This document shows, piece by piece, positions 10,639 through 17,856 of a stretch of DNA of 64,000 nt. Numbering within the stretch: the first letter of the stretch is position 1; every line of letters begins with the position of its first letter. The translations under genes and the position numbers were made by a program. The DNA lies in NCBI GenBank assembly GCA_905234655.1, contig CAJOJG010000004.1:4111-68110 (forward strand), in the 5' to 3' direction. This DNA comes from an uncultured Bacteroidales bacterium. Lineage in GTDB: Bacteria > Bacteroidota > Bacteroidia > Bacteroidales > UBA3824. The notes below the pieces were generated by a model, which was given only the letters and a program-made list of their open reading frames with translations, was not told the origin of the DNA and did no database searches.

Positions 10639-12126
10639 ATGAAACGTTACCTATTAATATCCTTGCTGCTTGCCGGTTGCGCGGTTGATAACAGTCCGTC
10701 AATCAGCATCGACAGCAGCAAGACTTATCAGACGATAGATGGTTTTGGAGCGTCAGACGCATGGACTATCCAATTTTCTGACAAGTGGCCAGCGGAAACC
10801 GTTGAGCGCGCCGCCGACCTGCTTTTCTCTCAGGACAAGGGCATTGGATTGAGCATTTGGAGGTTCAACCTCGGCGCAGGCAGCACTTATCAAGGCGACG
10901 ATGCACAAATACAACCGATGACGCGAACCGAATGTTTCCTCATGCCCGACGGTTCGTGGGACTTCGACAAGCAGAAGGCGCAAGTTGATTTTATGAATAT
11001 GGCGAAAGAGCGTGGTGTCAACACTTTCATCGCCTTCCTCAACTCACCGCCCGTGTATTTCACTCAAAATGGCCTCGCCACCAACACGGGACGCGGCGGC
11101 GACTTCAACCTCAAGCCCGATTGTTATGGCAAGTTTGCGGATTACATGGCAAAATCGGCGAAAGGTCTCAAAGAAAAGCATGGCATCGACATCGCTTATA
11201 TCTGCCCGGTGAACGAACCCGACGGACATTGGAACTGGCAAGGACCAAAGCAGGAAGGCTCGCCAGCCACAAATGCCGAGATTGCGCACATTACACGCGA
11301 ACTCGACGAGGCTCTCACGCGCGAGAATCTTGGCACAAAAATTCTTGTAAACGAATCGTCCGACTACCGCGCCATGGTTTCCACGCACCAGACCGATGCG
11401 GACAGAGGTTTTGCCATACAAACGCTGTTCAATGCCGACAGCGCGTCCAATGTCGTCGGACTTAAGCACGTGGAAAAACTTATTGCTGGTCATGGCTATT
11501 GGACTAACACGCCGCTCGACTTCCTGCGCACAATGCGAGTGAATCTTAACGACACGCTTACGAAATTTGGCGTAAAGTTTTGGATGACAGAGCAGTGTAT
11601 CATGGGAAATGATGAGGAGATTGGCGGCGGACAGCATTTTGATACGACGATGAAGACCGCCTTGTATGTTGCTCGGTGTATCCATCACGACTTGGTTTTT
11701 GCCAATGCATCGAGCTGGCAGTGGTGGCGCGCTATTGGCGAGGACTACAGAGATGGCTTGTTGGAGGATTTTGGCGAGGAGACGATTGAAACTGGCAAAC
11801 TAGTTGACAGCCGTTTACTGTGGTGCATGGGCAATTACAGCCGTTTTGTGCGTCCAGGCGCGGTGCGTGTCGGCGTAAGTGTCGACAGCCTCGATTCAGC
11901 CACGGATCCAACGTCAATCATGGCATCTGCATTTCGCAATATTGACGGCTCGGTTGTGTGTGTAATTATCAATTATTCTGACACCGACCATGAGTACAGC
12001 ATTGACGGCATCAAACCAAAAACGATGTACGTAACCTCCGATGAATCAGGCTTTAAACTTAAACCCATAGAACTTTCGGGAAAAAAAATAACGATTCCTG
12101 CGCGGAGCGTGGTGACGTTGAAGTAA
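10639..12126 (+). CDS. Glycoside hydrolase family 30, tandem paralog
   Basis: 495 aa with a lipobox (LLLAG|CAVD). It carries the same motif set as the upstream gene (YQTIDGFGASDAW, GIGLSIWRFNLG, LNSPPVYF, CPVNEPDGHWNW, FWMTEQCIMG). A 2-nt gap separates it from that gene. Confidence 0.85.
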   Translation: MKRYLLISLLLAGCAVDNSPSISIDSSKTYQTIDGFGASDAWTIQFSDKWPAETVERAADLLFSQDKGIGLSIWRFNLGAGSTYQGDDAQIQPMTRTECFLMPDGSWDFDKQKAQVDFMNMAKERGVNTFIAFLNSPPVYFTQNGLATNTGRGGDFNLKPDCYGKFADYMAKSAKGLKEKHGIDIAYICPVNEPDGHWNWQGPKQEGSPATNAEIAHITRELDEALTRENLGTKILVNESSDYRAMVSTHQTDADRGFAIQTLFNADSASNVVGLKHVEKLIAGHGYWTNTPLDFLRTMRVNLNDTLTKFGVKFWMTEQCIMGNDEEIGGGQHFDTTMKTALYVARCIHHDLVFANASSWQWWRAIGEDYRDGLLEDFGEETIETGKLVDSRLLWCMGNYSRFVRPGAVRVGVSVDSLDSATDPTSIMASAFRNIDGSVVCVIINYSDTDHEYSIDGIKPKTMYVTSDESGFKLKPIELSGKKITIPARSVVTLK

Positions 12127-12211
12127 CAACACTAAAAAAGTGCAATATGCCAACAATGACCAATTTTGTGCCGTTGGATTTTGGCTGTTGCAAAAACTAT
12201 TCTCAAATTTG

Positions 12212-12232
12212 CCTTGCGAAAGCAAGGTTTTT
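12212..12232 (+). terminator. Rho-independent terminator of the PUL operon
   Basis: CCTTGC-GAAA-GCAAGG forms a perfect 6-bp stem with a GAAA tetraloop and is followed by TTTTT. Confidence 0.6.
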
Positions 12233-12314
12233 ATTATCATATCGAATTTTATATCCTTGGGCGCGGAGCGGTATGCAACGCGCCTTTTTTATTTTCCAAT
12301 CCAAAATTTATTGC

Positions 12315-12322
12315 TACTTTTG
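12315..12322 (+). promoter_or_regulatory. Putative -7 promoter box for the lolD-like gene
   Basis: TACTTTTG matches TAnnTTTG, 51 nt upstream of the ATG at 12373. Confidence 0.45.
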
Positions 12323-12372
12323 CAGATAATTCCTGAAATTTCCCGCGAAAGCGGCAAAAAAATGTTAGATTT

Positions 12373-13026
12373 ATGATTCAACTCAAAAACATAACAAAAT
12401 CTTTTGGCAACCTTCAGGTTCTCAAGGGCATCACCCTTGACATCAACGATTCGGAGATTGTCTCGATAGTCGGTGCAAGTGGTGCTGGAAAGACTACGCT
12501 GCTACAGATTGCCGGTACATTGTTGAAGGCGGACACTGGCGAGGTCATCATTGACGGAACTGACGCCAACCGTCTTGCTGGCAATAGTTTGGCAGCGTTC
12601 CGCAACAAAAATATTGGCTTTGTGTTCCAGTTCCACCATCTCCTGCCGGAGTTTGACGCTGTGGAAAATGTCTGCATACCCGCGCTCATCGGCGGCACTC
12701 CGCAGAAAGAGGCTGTTGAACATGCCAGGGAATTGCTTTCGTACCTCAATCTTTCCCACAGGTTCACACACAAGCCCGCTGAACTCTCCGGCGGCGAACA
12801 ACAGCGCGTCGCCATTGCCCGTGCGCTTATCAACAGCCCGAGCGTGATATTCGCCGACGAGCCGTCCGGCAATCTCGATTCCAAGAACCGTGACGAGCTC
12901 CACAGCCTTCTGTTCGACCTCCGTGAAAAGTTCAAGCATACTTTTGTGATTGTCACCCACGACGAGCATTTCGCCGACATGAGCGACCGAATCATACGGA
13001 TCAAAGACGGAAAAATTGAAAGTTGA
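12373..13026 (+). CDS. lolD: ABC transporter ATP-binding protein, LolD-like (lipoprotein-releasing system ATPase)
   Basis: 217 aa with Walker [10 protein letters not shown], the LolD-type segment [18 protein letters not shown], the signature [14 protein letters not shown] and Walker [13 protein letters not shown]. Confidence 0.85.
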   Translation: MIQLKNITKSFGNLQVLKGITLDINDSEIVSIVGASGAGKTTLLQIAGTLLKADTGEVIIDGTDANRLAGNSLAAFRNKNIGFVFQFHHLLPEFDAVENVCIPALIGGTPQKEAVEHARELLSYLNLSHRFTHKPAELSGGEQQRVAIARALINSPSVIFADEPSGNLDSKNRDELHSLLFDLREKFKHTFVIVTHDEHFADMSDRIIRIKDGKIES

Positions 13027-13050
13027 AAGTTGAAAATTGAAAGTTGAAAA
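13016..13050 (+). repeat. Tandem heptamer array (TTGAAAR)x5 spanning the lolD stop codon
   Basis: Reads ttgaaag ttgaaag ttgaaaa ttgaaag ttgaaaa directly in the sequence. The lolD TGA (13024-13026) lies inside the array. Confidence 0.9.
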
Positions 13051-13069
13051 TTAGCATCCGCCGGATGGC

Positions 13070-13097
13070 AATTATGAATTATGCATTATGAATTATG
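13070..13097 (+). repeat. Heptamer array (MATTATG)x4, copy A of a recurrent 5'-of-gene element
   Basis: Reads aattatg aattatg cattatg aattatg and is followed by aaTTGAAAG. The annotated ATG (13088) of the next gene is one of the repeat ATGs. The same unit order occurs on the minus strand at 40095-40122. Confidence 0.9.
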
Positions 13098-13867
13098 AAT
13101 TGAAAGAACTGCTTGACGAGAAGTATCGTCAATATAATAATCCGTCGTTTATTGCCACTGACCCGATTCAGATTCCACATTCGTTCACGATGCGCGAGGA
13201 TATTGAGATTTCGGGATTTTTGGCATCGACGATTGCATGGGGTAATCGGAAGATGATTATCTCGAACGCCAAGAAAATGATGGACATCATGGGCAACCGT
13301 CCGTATGATTTTGTGATGGAATTTGATGCAAAGAACGCCGCCGACATGCCGCCGTTTGTGCACAGGACGTTTCAAAACCAGGATTTCCAGTTTTGCGTGG
13401 CAAGCCTTCAGAATATCTACAAAAATCATGGCGGATTGAAAAATGTCTTTGAGTCCGCGTTCCGTAAGCATGGCAATATCCACGACACGCTCTTCGATTT
13501 CCGCAAGGTGTTTTTTGAGTGCGACTTTCCATTGCGCACCGGCAAGCATATTGCCGATGTCAGCAAAGGTGCTGCTGCAAAGCGTCTTAACATGTACCTC
13601 ATGTGGCTTTGCCGTAAGGACAAGTCGAATGTCCATTTTGGAATTTGGGACATTCCGTCGTCGTCGCTCATGCTGCCACTCGACACTCACACAGCCGCCA
13701 CAGGCCGCGCCCTCGGCCTCATAACCCGCAAGGCAAACGACTGGAAGACCGTGGAGGAGATAACGGCTGAATTGAGAAAATTTGACCCCGACGACCCCGT
13801 GAAATACGATTTCGCGCTGTTCGGAATGGGAATTAATGAAAAGTTCAACGCCACCGTCCAACTCTGA
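13088..13867 (+). CDS. TIGR02757 (DUF2400) family protein
   Basis: 259 aa. The N-terminus YNNPSFIATDPIQIPHSF..DIEISGFLASTIAWGNRKMII is typical of this conserved hypothetical family. Confidence 0.75.
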   Translation: MNYELKELLDEKYRQYNNPSFIATDPIQIPHSFTMREDIEISGFLASTIAWGNRKMIISNAKKMMDIMGNRPYDFVMEFDAKNAADMPPFVHRTFQNQDFQFCVASLQNIYKNHGGLKNVFESAFRKHGNIHDTLFDFRKVFFECDFPLRTGKHIADVSKGAAAKRLNMYLMWLCRKDKSNVHFGIWDIPSSSLMLPLDTHTAATGRALGLITRKANDWKTVEEITAELRKFDPDDPVKYDFALFGMGINEKFNATVQL

Positions 13868-14576
13868 AGCCATTTTCACCATGTTCACCTTCAAGCATTT
13901 CGTTATCCGCCAGGACAATACCGCCATGAAAGCCGGCACCGACGGCGTTCTGCTTGGAGCGTGGTGTGACCTTGACGGCGCGTCCGATATACTTGACATC
14001 GGCACTGGCACTGGACTGATTGCGTTGATGTGCGCGCAGAGAGCCGCCGATGCCACGGTAACGGCCATTGAGATTGACACCGATGCCTGCGAGGAGGCTC
14101 GACAAAACGTCCGTGCGTCCAAATTCCACGACAAGATTCGCGTTGTCAACTGTGACTTCAAGGATTTCGCGCCTGACCATAAATACAGCCATGTGGTGAG
14201 CAATCCGCCTTTTTTCACAGAGTCCACAGCCAGTCCGGACTTTAAGCGTCGGCTCGCCCGCCAGTCAAAATCTTTGCCGTTCGACACCTTAATAAAAGGT
14301 GTAAAAGAAATTCTTGAGCCGGGCGGTCGGTTTTCTGTGATAATCCCGTGGGGCGAAAAACTCGATTTTGTGCGCATTTGTGCGCATTGTGGACTTCATC
14401 TATACCGCAAAACTGCCGTCGTCAGCCGCGAAGGGCGCAGTCCGATACGCGCTTTGATGACCTTCGCCGACGAAATCCTGCCTTTGTCCCAAAATACACT
14501 CGTCATCCGCGACCTCGGCGGAAATTATACCATGCCTTACAAGCATCTGACAGCCGATTTTTACCTCAATTTCTAA
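13836..14576 (+). CDS. trmN6: tRNA1(Val) (adenine37-N6)-methyltransferase (TrmN6/YfiC family)
   Basis: Contains FKHFVIRQDNTAMKAGTDGVLLGAW, the SAM motif ILDIGTGTGLIALM and the catalytic VVSNPPFF. The ORF start at 13836 overlaps the upstream gene. An internal ATG at 13881 (MFTFKHF) is an equally plausible start. Confidence 0.85.
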   Translation: MKSSTPPSNSEAIFTMFTFKHFVIRQDNTAMKAGTDGVLLGAWCDLDGASDILDIGTGTGLIALMCAQRAADATVTAIEIDTDACEEARQNVRASKFHDKIRVVNCDFKDFAPDHKYSHVVSNPPFFTESTASPDFKRRLARQSKSLPFDTLIKGVKEILEPGGRFSVIIPWGEKLDFVRICAHCGLHLYRKTAVVSREGRSPIRALMTFADEILPLSQNTLVIRDLGGNYTMPYKHLTADFYLNF

Positions 14577-14636
14577 AAAACGCACGGCTTAACGTAAATT
14601 TAACACAAAAAAGTTGTTCATTTGGCTGCATAATTA

Positions 14637-14644
14637 TACATTTG
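14637..14644 (+). promoter_or_regulatory. Putative -7 promoter box
   Basis: TACATTTG matches TAnnTTTG, 48 nt upstream of the ATG at 14692. Confidence 0.35.
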
Positions 14645-14691
14645 TTGCAACTATTAAAGCAAATGTTTCACTAATTAATTTTTTAAGCATT

Positions 14692-14832
14692 ATGGCAACA
14701 ATTCTCACACTCGCAGTAGTAGCCGCAGCAGTAATCGCGGCCGTAGTAAATGGCTTGGACAACAACAACAAGTTCGATGCCAACAAGTCTAACTTCAAGA
14801 TTGAGGGCGATAGCCTGATATTCGGTAATTGA
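14692..14832 (+). CDS. Possible small hydrophobic peptide (46 aa)
   Basis: MATILTLAVVAAAVIAAVVNGLDNNNKFDANKSNFKIEGDSLIFGN contains one predicted TM helix. A promoter-like box lies upstream and a strong terminator about 100 nt downstream. No homology was recognised. Confidence 0.3.
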   Translation: MATILTLAVVAAAVIAAVVNGLDNNNKFDANKSNFKIEGDSLIFGN

Positions 14833-14930
14833 TTAAAATGCTGATTATCATGGAAGTAACCGACAATCAGGCATCTGACGGCAGGCAGAAGGATTCGCCT
14901 GCGCGACAGTCAGCACAAGACGGAAGAAAA

Positions 14931-14984
14931 GGGTGACGGCGAGGTCGATAGAAAATTTGAAGACCTCAAGCCGCCACCCTTTTT
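14931..14984 (+). terminator. Rho-independent terminator (long composite hairpin)
   Basis: GGGTGaCGGC-GAGGTC-[15-nt loop]-GACCTC-aa-GCCGCCACCC is followed by TTTTT. Confidence 0.6.
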
Positions 14985-15162
14985 GATTGGACAAAATTAC
15001 GTGAAATACGTAAATATTTTTACGAATTTCACTGAATATTAATTCAAAATGTTCATTTCCCATTACAAGTTACAACTATTCTTCCCTTTCCTTGTGTTAC
15101 TTATGAATCGTATAAGCCAAATTATTCTTTTTTTAGCCTCCGAACTGACAGTTTTTTTGTTT

Positions 15163-15200
15163 GATTTGAAAAAAATTTGAGTGATTTCTCGCGAAGCGAC
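15163..15200 (+). repeat. 38-nt dispersed repeat with a CGCGAAGCG mini-hairpin (copy upstream of metY)
   Basis: gatttgaaaaaaatttgagtgatttctcgcgaagcgac is near-identical to 16941-16977. Confidence 0.85.
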
Positions 15201-15419
15201 AAAATATGTATTTATAAGGTGTGGGTTTTGTGGTTCTGTCGAAGCGTCTGTGGCGCGATTTTATATTCCGTTAGTGGGGCTTGTGTTTTTGTGTTGAAAA
15301 AAATTCCGCTGTAATGTGTGTTATGGTCAAAATTCAAGAAAATAATTCGGCTAATTCACTCGTATATAGAAATTATCTCCAAAGATTTACATTTTCTTGG
15401 ATAGATGTTTCATTCGCCA

Positions 15420-15427
15420 TAACTTTG
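15420..15427 (+). promoter_or_regulatory. Putative -7 promoter box for metY
   Basis: TAACTTTG matches TAnnTTTG, 58 nt upstream of the ATG at 15485. An A-rich leader follows. Confidence 0.45.
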
Positions 15428-15484
15428 CAGTATCAAAATTGAAACAAAAAACGTAATTAATAACATAAAAAAATTAAAAACAAA

Positions 15485-16771
15485 ATGAGCACACAGAAAC
15501 TTCACTTCGAGACTTTGCAGATTCATGTCGGACAAGAGCAGCCCGATCCCGCATCAGACGCACGCGCAGTGCCGATCTACCAGACCACTTCGTATGTGTT
15601 CCACAACTCGCAGCACGCTGCCGACAGGTTCGGACTCCGTGACGCCGGCAACATCTACGGCCGTCTCACAAACTCCACCGAAGGTGTCCTTGAGCAGAGG
15701 GTAGCAGCGCTCGAAGGTGGTGTCGCAGCGCTCGCTACTGCATCCGGCGCATCGTCAATCACATACGCAATCGAGGCTATCGCGAAGAAAGGCGACCACA
15801 TTGTAGCACAGAAGACCATCTACGGCGGCACATACAACCTCCTCGCACACACTCTTCCGCTCCTCGGCATCGAGACTACTTTCGTCGACGCCCACAATCT
15901 CCAGGAACTCGAAGACGCTATCCGCGACAACACAACCCTCGTGTTCCTCGAGACCCTCGGCAACCCCAATTCCGACATTCCGGACGTTGACGCAATCTCC
16001 ACAATCGCCCACAAATACGGAATCCCGGTTCTCATCGACAACACATTCGCAACTCCGTTCCTATTCCGTCCTATCGAGCATGGCGCAGACGTTGTAATAC
16101 ACTCCGCCACAAAGTTCCTCGGCGGACATGGTACGACACTTGGCGGCGTGATTGTCGACTCCGGCAAGTTCGACTGGGCAAAATCCGGCAAGTATCCGCA
16201 GATTGCAGAACCGAACCCGAGCTACCACGGCATCTCGTTTGTGAAGGCTGTCGGTCCAGCAGCATACGTGACCTACATCCGCGCAATCCTTCTCCGCGAC
16301 ACCGGCGCTGCCATCTCGCCATTCAATGCTTTCTTGCTCCTCCAGGGCGTCGAGACACTCTCATTGCGCATCGAGCGTCACGCAGAGAACACGAAGAAGG
16401 TTCTCGAGTTCCTTCAGAACCACCCCAAGGTCGCAAGCATCAACCACCCCGCGCTCCCCGGCCATCCCGACCACGAGCTCTACAAGAAGTACTTCCCCAA
16501 CGGTGGCGGTTCGATCTTCACCTTCAACATCAAGGGCGGACAGGCAGAGGCTTACAAGTTCATCGACAACCTCAAGATTTTCTCGCTCCTTGCTAACGTG
16601 GCCGACGTGAAGTCGTTGGTAATCCACCCTGCGACCACCACCCACTCCCAGCTTTCGGACGAGGAACTCGCCGACCAGGGCATCTTCCAGAGCACAATTC
16701 GTCTTTCCATAGGCACAGAACATGCTGACGACATCATCGCAGACCTGAGCCAAGCATTTGACCTTATTTAA
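15485..16771 (+). CDS. metY: O-acetylhomoserine aminocarboxypropyltransferase / sulfhydrylase (PLP enzyme)
   Basis: 428 aa. Contains FETLQIHVGQEQPDP.S.ARAVPIYQTTSYVF and the PLP-lysine region HSATKFLGGHGT. The protein is collinear with Cys/Met-metabolism PLP enzymes over its full length. Confidence 0.92.
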   Translation: MSTQKLHFETLQIHVGQEQPDPASDARAVPIYQTTSYVFHNSQHAADRFGLRDAGNIYGRLTNSTEGVLEQRVAALEGGVAALATASGASSITYAIEAIAKKGDHIVAQKTIYGGTYNLLAHTLPLLGIETTFVDAHNLQELEDAIRDNTTLVFLETLGNPNSDIPDVDAISTIAHKYGIPVLIDNTFATPFLFRPIEHGADVVIHSATKFLGGHGTTLGGVIVDSGKFDWAKSGKYPQIAEPNPSYHGISFVKAVGPAAYVTYIRAILLRDTGAAISPFNAFLLLQGVETLSLRIERHAENTKKVLEFLQNHPKVASINHPALPGHPDHELYKKYFPNGGGSIFTFNIKGGQAEAYKFIDNLKIFSLLANVADVKSLVIHPATTTHSQLSDEELADQGIFQSTIRLSIGTEHADDIIADLSQAFDLI

Positions 16772-16799
16772 TTTTTGTCTGATTATTAATTACCATGTC

Positions 16800-16842
16800 G
16801 CCCGCCGGCCGGAAGTATGTTTTTCCGGCGGCGGGCTTTTGG
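16800..16842 (+). terminator. Rho-independent terminator of metY
   Basis: GCCCGCCGGCCGGAA-[8-nt loop]-TTCCGGCGGCGGGC (one bulge) is followed by TTTTGG. Confidence 0.6.
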
Positions 16843-16859
16843 TATTTGAAAAAACAAAA

Positions 16860-16977
16860 AGAGGTTTTTGAAAGGTATTCGACAGATATTCTATAAAGAT
16901 TTCGAAAGATTTTGACAGATATTCGAAAAAGATTTTGAAAGATTTGAAAAAATTTGAAAGATTTCTCGCGAAGCGAC
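16860..16977 (+). repeat. AT-rich degenerate tandem repeats ending in the second copy of the CGCGAAGCG repeat
   Basis: Contains repeated gacagatattc (x2) and gaaagattt(t) (x5) units. The stretch gatttgaaaaaatttgaaagatttctcgcgaagcgac follows at 16941-16977. A further aatcgcgaagcgac lies at 16987-17000. Confidence 0.85.
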
Positions 16978-17008
16978 CCGAAGCACAATCGCGAAGCGAC
17001 CAACACAC

Positions 17009-17046
17009 AAAAAAGCCGATGTCCTTAAAGAAACACCGGCTTTTTT
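17009..17046. terminator. Bidirectional terminator (between metY and the tRNA operon)
   Basis: AAAAAA-GCCGATG..[loop]..CACCGGC-TTTTTT has an A-run and a T-run flanking the hairpin. Confidence 0.5.
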
Positions 17047-17061
17047 AATTGCTGTCCCGTG

Positions 17062-17134
17062 TCGGTCTCCAGGGGATCGAACCCTGGACCCACTGATTAA
17101 GAGTCAGTTGCTCTACCAACTGAGCTAGAGACCG
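17062..17134 (-). tRNA. tRNA-Lys (anticodon CTT)
   Basis: 73 nt. I folded the cloverleaf by hand: acceptor CGGTCTC/GAGACCG, D-arm GCTCAGTTGGTAGAGC, anticodon loop CTCTTAA and T-arm CAGGG-TTCGATC-CCCTG. Confidence 0.9.
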
Positions 17135-17143
17135 AAATAAGAG

Positions 17144-17216
17144 AGCGGGAGACGAGACTCGGACTCGCGACCCCAACCTTGGCAAGGTTGTGCTCTACCA
17201 ACTGAGCTACTCCCGC
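17144..17216 (-). tRNA. tRNA-Gly (anticodon GCC), copy 1
   Basis: 73 nt: GCGGGAGTAGCTCAGTTGGTAGAGCACAACCTTGCCAAGGTTGGGGTCGCGAGTCCGAGTCTCGTCTCCCGCT. The anticodon loop is TTGCCAA. Confidence 0.9.
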
Positions 17217-17276
17217 ATGAATGCCGTCCTGATAAAATCAATAACGGCAAATTATGAAAACAGTCTAAATTTCTCG

Positions 17277-17349
17277 AGCGGGAGACGAGACTCGGACTCG
17301 CGACCCCAACCTTGGCAAGGTTGTGCTCTACCAACTGAGCTACTCCCGC
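17277..17349 (-). tRNA. tRNA-Gly (anticodon GCC), copy 2
   Basis: Identical 73-nt sequence to copy 1. Confidence 0.9.
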
Positions 17350-17380
17350 ATCAATAACAAAATATCTTCAAAAATCTTTG

Positions 17381-17466
17381 TGCCCGAAACCGGCATCGAA
17401 CCGGTACTGTCATTGCTGACAACAGGATTTTAAGTCCTGCGCGTCTACCAATTCCGCCATCCGGGC
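17381..17466 (-). tRNA. tRNA-Leu (anticodon TAA)
   Basis: 86 nt with acceptor GCCCGGA/TTCGGGC, anticodon loop CTTAAAA, a long variable arm TTGTCAGCAATGACAGT and T-arm ACCGG-TTCGATG-CCGGT. Confidence 0.9.
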
Positions 17467-17476
17467 GACTTGTTAG

Positions 17477-17549
17477 AGCGGGAGACGAGACTCGGACTCG
17501 CGACCCCAACCTTGGCAAGGTTGTGCTCTACCAACTGAGCTACTCCCGC
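17477..17549 (-). tRNA. tRNA-Gly (anticodon GCC), copy 3
   Basis: Identical 73-nt sequence to copies 1 and 2. Confidence 0.9.
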
Positions 17550-17615
17550 AGTTAACTATCTTGTTATTGTGAGTCTTGAAAGAACTTCGCAATCCGTCTT
17601 TTGCGTTTTGCGTTG

Positions 17616-17623
17616 CAAAGGTA
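17616..17623 (-). promoter_or_regulatory. Putative -7 promoter box for the tRNA operon
   Basis: The minus strand reads TACCTTTG (TAnnTTTG), 67 nt upstream of the first tRNA 5' end. Confidence 0.4.
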
Positions 17624-17802
17624 AGTCGAATTTCCCGTTCTTACAAATTTTTTTGATGTTTTTTTTCTTTTTTTTTCATCTCCCGTCGTTAGTCGTTATC
17701 AGCCAAGTGTTTAGCACCGCCATTATTTCACGCGCGATGCCAGTGCCTGTGGCTGTAAGAAAAAAAAGCATATATTAACACCAATTAAAGTAATAAATTT
17801 AC

Positions 17803-17810
17803 TACTTTTG
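17803..17810 (+). promoter_or_regulatory. Putative -7 promoter box for the S41 peptidase gene
   Basis: TACTTTTG, 47 nt upstream of the ATG at 17857. Confidence 0.45.
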
Positions 17811-17856
17811 CCATATAGAAATATATGATTCACATAAAAAAACATAGACAGAAAAC

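Noticed and set aside
12260-12290. Second hairpin (GGCGCG-13 nt-CGCGCC followed by TTTTTT) downstream of the PUL terminator.
   Set aside because: It is plausibly a back-up terminator, but the loop is long and the stem short. It is not listed as a feature because the tetraloop hairpin at 12212-12232 already explains termination.
15061-15484. Possible SAM riboswitch upstream of metY. The 40300-40402 region upstream of metA was also checked.
   Set aside because: I could not find S-box (SAM-I) conserved strings or a convincing SAM-II-like pseudoknot. The best promoter boxes leave only short A-rich leaders (58 nt and ~30 nt). An Rfam scan would be decisive.
17062-17549. tRNA cluster as an integration hotspot for a genomic island.
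   Set aside because: There is no integrase, no direct repeat of a tRNA 3' end and no obviously foreign genes adjacent. The flanking genes (metY, S41 peptidase, galM) look like core genes.
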